Below are positions 14,274 through 18,994 of a stretch of 18,994 nt of DNA, piece after piece. Made by a program: the position numbers and the translations under genes. How positions within the stretch are numbered: position 1 is the first letter of the stretch; each line of letters starts with the position of its first letter. The notes beneath the pieces were generated by a model. The model saw nothing but the letters and a program-made list of their open reading frames with translations. It searched no databases and was not told where the DNA came from. The stretch is from an archaeon (GTDB taxonomy: Archaea > Iainarchaeota > Iainarchaeia > Iainarchaeales > 1-14-0-10-31-34): the NCBI GenBank assembly GCA_024277355.1, contig JAJRVL010000003.1, positions 1-18,994 of the forward strand. Reading direction: 5' to 3'.

Positions 14274-15536
14274 ATGTTATTTCCTTTCTGGTTAAGTATT
14301 TTGCTTTTAGTTTTATTGATTATTTTAAGTGGATTTTTTTCTGCTGTTGAAACTGCCTTGATTTCATTAGACAGAATTGCATTAAAAAGAATGATTCAGA
14401 ATAAAACAAAAAATGCATTAAGAGTCCAGAAACTAAAATCAAATCCCCATAAAATGCTTACAACAATTTTAATTGGAAATAATTTAGTTAATGTTTTTGC
14501 TTCAATTATTTCAGCTGAACTGGCTGTTTCTTTAAGCTTAAAAGCAGGATTAAGCGAAGCAGCAGGAATTGCAATTGCAACAGGCGGAATGACTTTTTTG
14601 ATTTTAACTTTTGGAGAAATAACTCCAAAAGGAATTGCTACAAGAAAAAACGAAAAAATTTCTTTAATGGCGGCAAAACCTTTGTTGTTTTTGTCAAAAG
14701 TTTTTTCTCCTTTAATAGTTTTTTTAAACTATATTACTGAAACTTTAATTAATTTTTTTGGAGGCCCATTAAAAGAAAACACTATGACTCTAGAGGAATT
14801 CAAAACAATGGTTACTATTGGAAGAGAAGACGGCACAATAGATGAAATAGAACATGAAATAATAACTAAAGCAACAAAATTAGATGAAATTCCATTAGAA
14901 GAAATAATGACTCCTTTAAATCAAGTAACCGGAATTTCCGAACAGGCAAAATTAAATGAATTACTGAAATTAATTGAATTAAAGCCTTTTTCCAGGATTC
15001 CTGTATTCAAAGAAGTTCCTGAAAATGTTGTTGGAATATTATACTTAAAAGATTTAATTCCTTATTTGAAAGAAAGTTCTATTTCAAATATTTCAGTTAA
15101 AGATGTAATGATGCCTGTATTGTTTATTCCTGATTCAACTAAAGCAGATGTTTTGCTGAAAGAATTACAGAAAAGGAAAAGACATATTGCAATGATTGTA
15201 AACAGAAAAGGAAGAGTAATTGGATTGGTTACCTTAGAAGATTTATTAGAAGAATTAGTAGGAGAAATCTTTGATGAAAGCGAAAGAGAAAACAGTATAA
15301 CAAAAATTAATGCAGACACAATTGAATCAAGCGGAAGCGTTAACTTAAATAAAATAAATGAAACCCTTAAAACAAATATATCAAAAGACGGATTTAAGAC
15401 TATTGGAGGTTATATTTTTAATAAAATTGACCGTTTTCCAAAAGAAAATGAAATATTAGATTTTAAAGAAATTAAAATTAAAATAAAAGAAACAAGCGGA
15501 TGCAAAATAGTTAAAATGGAAATAAAAAAAAAATAA
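14274..15536 (+). CDS. CNNM/CorB-type (HlyC/CorC family) transporter: DUF21 TM domain + CBS pair + CorC_HlyC domain
   Basis: 420 aa. The N-terminal 4-TM domain ends in GEITPK. Two CBS-like segments follow (EIMTP..., VKDVMMP..), then KRHIAMIVNRKGRVIGLVTLEDLLEELVGEI and a C-terminal beta-rich domain. Confidence 0.85.
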   Translation: MLFPFWLSILLLVLLIILSGFFSAVETALISLDRIALKRMIQNKTKNALRVQKLKSNPHKMLTTILIGNNLVNVFASIISAELAVSLSLKAGLSEAAGIAIATGGMTFLILTFGEITPKGIATRKNEKISLMAAKPLLFLSKVFSPLIVFLNYITETLINFFGGPLKENTMTLEEFKTMVTIGREDGTIDEIEHEIITKATKLDEIPLEEIMTPLNQVTGISEQAKLNELLKLIELKPFSRIPVFKEVPENVVGILYLKDLIPYLKESSISNISVKDVMMPVLFIPDSTKADVLLKELQKRKRHIAMIVNRKGRVIGLVTLEDLLEELVGEIFDESERENSITKINADTIESSGSVNLNKINETLKTNISKDGFKTIGGYIFNKIDRFPKENEILDFKEIKIKIKETSGCKIVKMEIKKK

Positions 15537-15592
15537 AAAAAGAAATAGAAAAGATTTAATAATTATTCAATTAAATAAAAATTATAATTGAA

Positions 15593-15757
15593 TTAATCAA
15601 ATCTTCTTTTTGGTTTGTGTTTTTGGTAACATTCTCTGCAGTAAACAGGTCTTTGTCCATCTGGTTTAAATGGAACTTCAGTTTCCTGGCCGCATTCAGA
15701 ACAGTTTATTTTGAACATTTGTCTGTTGTTGTTACTAAAACCTTTGTTGAATGGCAT
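15593..15757 (-). CDS. CxxC-x17-CxxC zinc-ribbon small protein (54 aa), not in the ORF track
   Basis: My translation: MPFNKGFSNNNRQMFKINCSECGQETEVPFKPDGQRPVYCRECYQKHKPKRRFD. GGAGG lies about 9 nt upstream of the ATG. The VPF.P...RPVYC..C pattern matches the CxxC-x17-CxxC domain family. Confidence 0.7.
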   Translation of the reverse strand: MPFNKGFSNNNRQMFKINCSECGQETEVPFKPDGQRPVYCRECYQKHKPKRRFD

Positions 15758-15861
15758 TTTTCTTCCTCCATAAATTTATTTAAGTAAAAAAAATAATCTG
15801 TTAAAATTTATAATACTAAAAGAATCAGTTTTCTTGTTCATACTAATACAGTTAATTAATT

Positions 15862-15945
15862 ATGGAAAAAACAACCTTAAAAACCTTGTGGTCAAGAGTT
15901 TCAGAGAGATTTATCCCTCAGTTTTTTGATAAATCTTTTTTCTAA
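15862..15945 (+). CDS. 27-codon mini-ORF entering the tandem repeat (MEKTTLKTLWSRVSERFIPQFFDKSFF)
   Basis: ATG at 15862, about 50 nt downstream of a TATA-like tttataat. It ends at TAA 15943-15945, directly after a T6 run. The repeat copies differ mostly at third codon positions in this frame. Confidence 0.3.
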   Translation: MEKTTLKTLWSRVSERFIPQFFDKSFF

Positions 15946-16018
15946 AAAGGTTTCTGAGGAATTCATTCCTCAGTTTTTTGATAAGTCTTTTTTTTTAAAA
16001 AGATTTCAGAACTCATAA
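15898..16018 (+). repeat. Tandem direct repeat with 52-nt period, 2 full copies plus a partial third
   Basis: Copy 1 is 15898-15949 and copy 2 is 15950-16002. The partial copy atttcagaac starts at 16003. Copy 2 contains the perfect palindrome ctgagga-attcat-tcctcag, and each copy ends in a T-run/A-run hairpin. Confidence 0.8.
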
Positions 16019-16119
16019 TCTTAATCATTGCTTAACGCTCATATCAGCCTAGTTCATCACAATAATAATAAAAGAAAAAAGCCTAATAATTGTTTTCATA
16101 TGAATATTTTCTGTATTTC

Positions 16120-16128
16120 TTTAAAATA
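16120..16128 (+). promoter_or_regulatory. TATA-box-like element placed for a leaderless transcript of the 16151 gene
   Basis: tttaaaata ends 22 nt before ATG 16151, and no SD lies in between. Sequence context only. Confidence 0.3.
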
Positions 16129-16150
16129 TTGTTGGATTACATAATATTCA

Positions 16151-18025
16151 ATGAATTTAACAGCAAATTTACAAAATTCAATCAAAAAAATTCAAAAAGA
16201 TTATTCCCTATATTTTCTTAAAATTCTTATAGTTATTGCTTTTATTTTTAAAACTCTTCATTTATTTTTGTTTTCTATTCCAAAATATCTTATTGCGTCT
16301 GATATATCAACACATTATCGTTGGATAGAATTAATAATTCAGGACATTTCTTTTATTGGTTATGACGCTTTTTATCCTAAAGGATTTCATTTAATGACAG
16401 CTGGATTAACTACAATACTGTCTATAGGGACTGCAATAGCAGTAATTGCTTTTATTTTTTCAATTGTATTTGTTTTTTTTACTTATAAACTTGCATTTCT
16501 TTTTTCACATGACCAAAAAATTGCATTGTTGACTACTTTTTTTGCAATTAGTATATCCATAACAACAAAAGTTCCTGGTTTTGGTTTTCCATTGCCTCAA
16601 TCAATAGCTCTTTCATTGATTTTAGCTGCAGTTTATTTTTTTGCTAAGAAAAAATTTTTTTTAGCAGGATTAATTCTGGGATTTCATTCAATTACACATT
16701 CTTCCTGGCCATTAAGCTTTATTTTAATATTGATTTATTTTTTGTTCACTGAAAAAATAACAAAAAAAAATATAAAACAAACTCTGTATTTTTTTGCTGG
16801 TTTTTTGGTTTTATTTATTCCATATAACCTAATAAACAATTTATTCAGTGAAAATAATTTAGGAGGATTTATGGTTCTTTCAGAGGGTTTTTTAAAATAT
16901 TCTGCTGAATGGATGATTAGTCCGCTTGCTTTTCAAGAATTAACTGAACCTAATTTCTTTATTTTTGCTGGATTTTTTGGTATTTGGTTGATAAGAAAAG
17001 AACTTACAAGAACTTATTTGTTTTTGTTATTCTGGTTTTTTTCAGTTATTGCAGTAACACAATATTACTGGTTTATTGACTTAAATACCTTGCTTGAATT
17101 AGGAATTAATGTTCCTTCAAGAGTTATTGCTTTTATTATTTTTCCGCTTGCTTTTTTCAGTGCTGTTGCATTATCTAAAGTTTCATTAAATAAAATAGTT
17201 CCTAATGCAGATAAAATCAAAACATTTCTTTCAATGACTTTTTTGATTTTATTACTGTTGTTTTCAGTTCCAGAACTTGAAAGAAAACCAGATTTAACTC
17301 AGAAAGATTTTAATGCAATAAAAAAACTTAAAGAATTACCATTAGATTCAGTTGTTTTTCCGGAAGATTTCTTTAAACAGACAAACTTAATAACTCTTGG
17401 AATGAAAAAAGCACCTCCTTTAAGAGACAGGGCATTAATTTTATCTGGTTTGAATCCAATTGAAACTAAACACATTGATTATATTTTAGTTGATGAAGGA
17501 GAAAAATATTCAGTATACAATATAGAAGAAAACCAAGGAAACATTAGTTGGTTAAACCAAAAAGTGCAGATTAAAGAAAAAAATTTCAATAAAACTGATT
17601 CTCTTGTCAATTATATTGCAGCATTTATGGTTGTAAAAAGAGGTTCAATTCCTTTTAGTGAATCAGCATTCAAAATTATTGCTACAGATTCAAAAGAAAT
17701 GGTTTGCTTTCCTGAAAAAACTTTTATCAGCACAGGAGAAAAATGCACTGAAAAAAAATATGTAGTTATAAAAGGAAAAAAAGCAGATTTAATTGAATTA
17801 TTTGATTCATTTGATGATGATTTATTTCTAAATAAACTTAATTATTTTTACAGAGAAAAAAAAATAGTTTTTGAACCAGAACCCTTAATGAAATTTGAAG
17901 ATGGAGAAATTGTAAGTTTAATGAATTATGCTTTAGCACATAAATGGACAAACAAGCAGGCATCATTAAGCAAACCTAATTTAATTATTGGAAGATTATT
18001 AGTTTCATTAAAGATATTAAAGTAA
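16151..18025 (+). CDS. Large polytopic membrane protein with a C-terminal soluble domain, GT-C-fold glycosyltransferase-like (AglB/STT3- or ArnT-like layout)
   Basis: 624 aa, about 12-13 TM helices followed by a ~270-aa hydrophilic domain. The first loop SDISTHYRWIE...YDAFYPKGFH resembles the D-x-x..YH.R...YP.G pattern of AglB/STT3 external loop 1. I found no WWDYG motif. Confidence 0.4.
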   Translation: MNLTANLQNSIKKIQKDYSLYFLKILIVIAFIFKTLHLFLFSIPKYLIASDISTHYRWIELIIQDISFIGYDAFYPKGFHLMTAGLTTILSIGTAIAVIAFIFSIVFVFFTYKLAFLFSHDQKIALLTTFFAISISITTKVPGFGFPLPQSIALSLILAAVYFFAKKKFFLAGLILGFHSITHSSWPLSFILILIYFLFTEKITKKNIKQTLYFFAGFLVLFIPYNLINNLFSENNLGGFMVLSEGFLKYSAEWMISPLAFQELTEPNFFIFAGFFGIWLIRKELTRTYLFLLFWFFSVIAVTQYYWFIDLNTLLELGINVPSRVIAFIIFPLAFFSAVALSKVSLNKIVPNADKIKTFLSMTFLILLLLFSVPELERKPDLTQKDFNAIKKLKELPLDSVVFPEDFFKQTNLITLGMKKAPPLRDRALILSGLNPIETKHIDYILVDEGEKYSVYNIEENQGNISWLNQKVQIKEKNFNKTDSLVNYIAAFMVVKRGSIPFSESAFKIIATDSKEMVCFPEKTFISTGEKCTEKKYVVIKGKKADLIELFDSFDDDLFLNKLNYFYREKKIVFEPEPLMKFEDGEIVSLMNYALAHKWTNKQASLSKPNLIIGRLLVSLKILK

Positions 18026-18068
18026 ATAAAATAATTAATAAAAAAAGAAAAAGAAGTTAAAGGCTAAA

Positions 18069-18788
18069 CTACCATTTCTCAAAAAAGATTTTTTCTTTTT
18101 CAAAGCCTTGTTCTATAAGAAATTCATTGATTGATTCAATTGCTTTAGGAATACCGCATAAATAAAAATGAATTTCTTTTATTGGAGAAGAAAAATCAGT
18201 GTCTTTAATTAAATCCTGAACAAAACCTTTTTTTCCAGTCCAGTTTTCTCCCGGATGACTTGCAACAGAATAAAACCTGAAATTTTTATGTTTTTCAGTT
18301 AATTCAGTTAATTCTTTTTCATACAAAAAGCATTCTCCATTTCTAAAACCATAAAATAAAGTTATAGGTCTTTCATCATTTTCATGCAGTAAAGTTCTAA
18401 TCATTGAAATTAAAGGAGCAATTCCTGTTCCTAAAGCAATAAACGCAATTTCTTTGAATTCATTGTTTAACATAAAATGCCCAAAAGGACCTTTAACAAT
18501 AAGTTCATCTCCTGCTTGTTTTTTTCCTAAATGATTAGTTAATCCTTCAGTTGAATGAATTCTAATGCATAATTCAAAGTATTCCTGAAAAGGAGCACTT
18601 GCAACAGAAAAAGAACTCCATTTAAGCAGTTTAGGATTAGTTTTAAGTTTAAAGTCAGCACAGCCAACCATAATAAACTGTCCTGAAGTAAAAGAAAAAT
18701 CTTTTGGTTTTTCAAACTGCATTATCTGAAAATTGTTTTCATTGTCGCCGCATTTAATTAATTTAGTAATTTTTGATTTAAATTCCAT
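18069..18788 (-). CDS. Ferredoxin-NADP reductase-like FAD/NAD(P)-binding oxidoreductase
   Basis: Two-domain FNR layout with SFSVAS (position of RxYS), GPFG and GTGIAP (NAD(P) binding), and a C-terminal YLCGIP. I chose ATG 18788 rather than the track's GTG 18812, but the start is uncertain. Confidence 0.7.
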   Translation of the reverse strand: MEFKSKITKLIKCGDNENNFQIMQFEKPKDFSFTSGQFIMVGCADFKLKTNPKLLKWSSFSVASAPFQEYFELCIRIHSTEGLTNHLGKKQAGDELIVKGPFGHFMLNNEFKEIAFIALGTGIAPLISMIRTLLHENDERPITLFYGFRNGECFLYEKELTELTEKHKNFRFYSVASHPGENWTGKKGFVQDLIKDTDFSSPIKEIHFYLCGIPKAIESINEFLIEQGFEKEKIFFEKW

Positions 18789-18891
18789 TATATCACTAGT
18801 TAATAATAACACAAAAGATTTTTAAAAAAGTTCATTAATAATATTAAAGAAACTAAACAAAATAAGGCAACCCTAATTGGAGGAATTTTTA

Positions 18892-18994
18892 ATGACAATT
18901 TTATCAGATAAAGATATAAAAAAAGCAATTGAAAAAGGAGAATTAGAAATCAAAGGAGTAAATTTTGATGATATTACTTGTGCTTCAATTGATT
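18892..18994 (+). CDS. dcd: dCTP deaminase (dUTPase superfamily), 3'-truncated by the window edge
   Basis: GGAGG lies 7-8 nt upstream of ATG 18892. MTILSDKDIKKAIEKGELEIKG...ASID matches the conserved Dcd N-terminus (MILSD.DI...I..G.L.I.P....I.P.S.DL). Confidence 0.7.
   Translation, partial: MTILSDKDIKKAIEKGELEIKGVNFDDITCASID

Noticed and set aside
2030-15319. Other antisense or embedded track ORFs: 2030..2242, 3836..4261, 4267..4473, 4292..4693, 5254..5475, 6086..6274, 7079..7348, 7712..7903, 9523..9741, 11769..11975, 13466..13909 and 15062..15319
   Set aside because: Each lies wholly inside, and antisense to or out of frame with, a longer ORF with clear family motifs (hisS, TrpB2, EamA, RpiA-like, helicase, CNNM and others). 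Their translations are low-complexity Phe/Leu/Ser/Ile-rich, as expected from reading AT-rich Lys/Glu/Asn codons backwards.
15898-16018. Possibility that the tandem repeat is a small CRISPR array
   Set aside because: The copies are directly adjacent with no unique spacers, there are only about 2.4 copies, and no cas genes are nearby. The period and the coding-like substitution pattern do not fit a CRISPR.
9494-18812. Longest-ORF starts TTG 9494 and GTG 18812 given in the track
   Set aside because: Downstream ATGs (9509 with AAGGTGA upstream, and 18788) give more plausible N-termini. The extensions add short segments (MEGDS and MLLLTSDI) with no supporting signal.

Overview
This window is visibly AT-rich and looks archaeal. 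The tRNA genes lack encoded CCA, two carry bulge-helix-bulge introns, tRNA-Tyr has C1:G72, and the neighbourhood holds TrpB2, a DUF2683-like/RelE pair and an AglB-like membrane protein. The short intergenic regions and tiny genes suggest a reduced, DPANN-like genome, but that is inference. Protein content is mostly housekeeping: hisS, TrpB2, an RpiA-like protein, a DEAD-box helicase, a CNNM/CorB-type transporter, a PAP2 phosphatase, an EamA transporter, an FNR-like reductase and the dcd 5' end. There is also a large surface protein truncated at the left edge. I folded seven tRNA genes by hand: Arg-GCG, His-GUG, Thr-GGU, Met/Ile2-CAU, Glu-CUC, Thr-UGU and Tyr-GUA. The most unusual signals are RNA- or repeat-level. 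(1) tRNA-Arg and tRNA-Tyr carry introns of about 100 nt that are GC-enriched and highly structured. (2) A 172-nt structured spacer bounded by a 10-nt direct repeat sits between tRNA-Met and tRNA-Glu. (3) A ParB-like gene, a strongly SD-driven upstream ORF (uORF) and a TTG-initiated TrpB2 form a translationally coupled chain. (4) A RelE-type TA cassette is bracketed by diverged ~100-nt direct repeats that encode paralogous mini-ORFs. (5) A 52-nt tandem repeat has copies that differ mainly at synonymous positions but are split by a +1 frame break at a T-run. (6) A DsrE-family gene has an in-frame TAA. No CRISPR array, rRNA, transposase or integrase was found.
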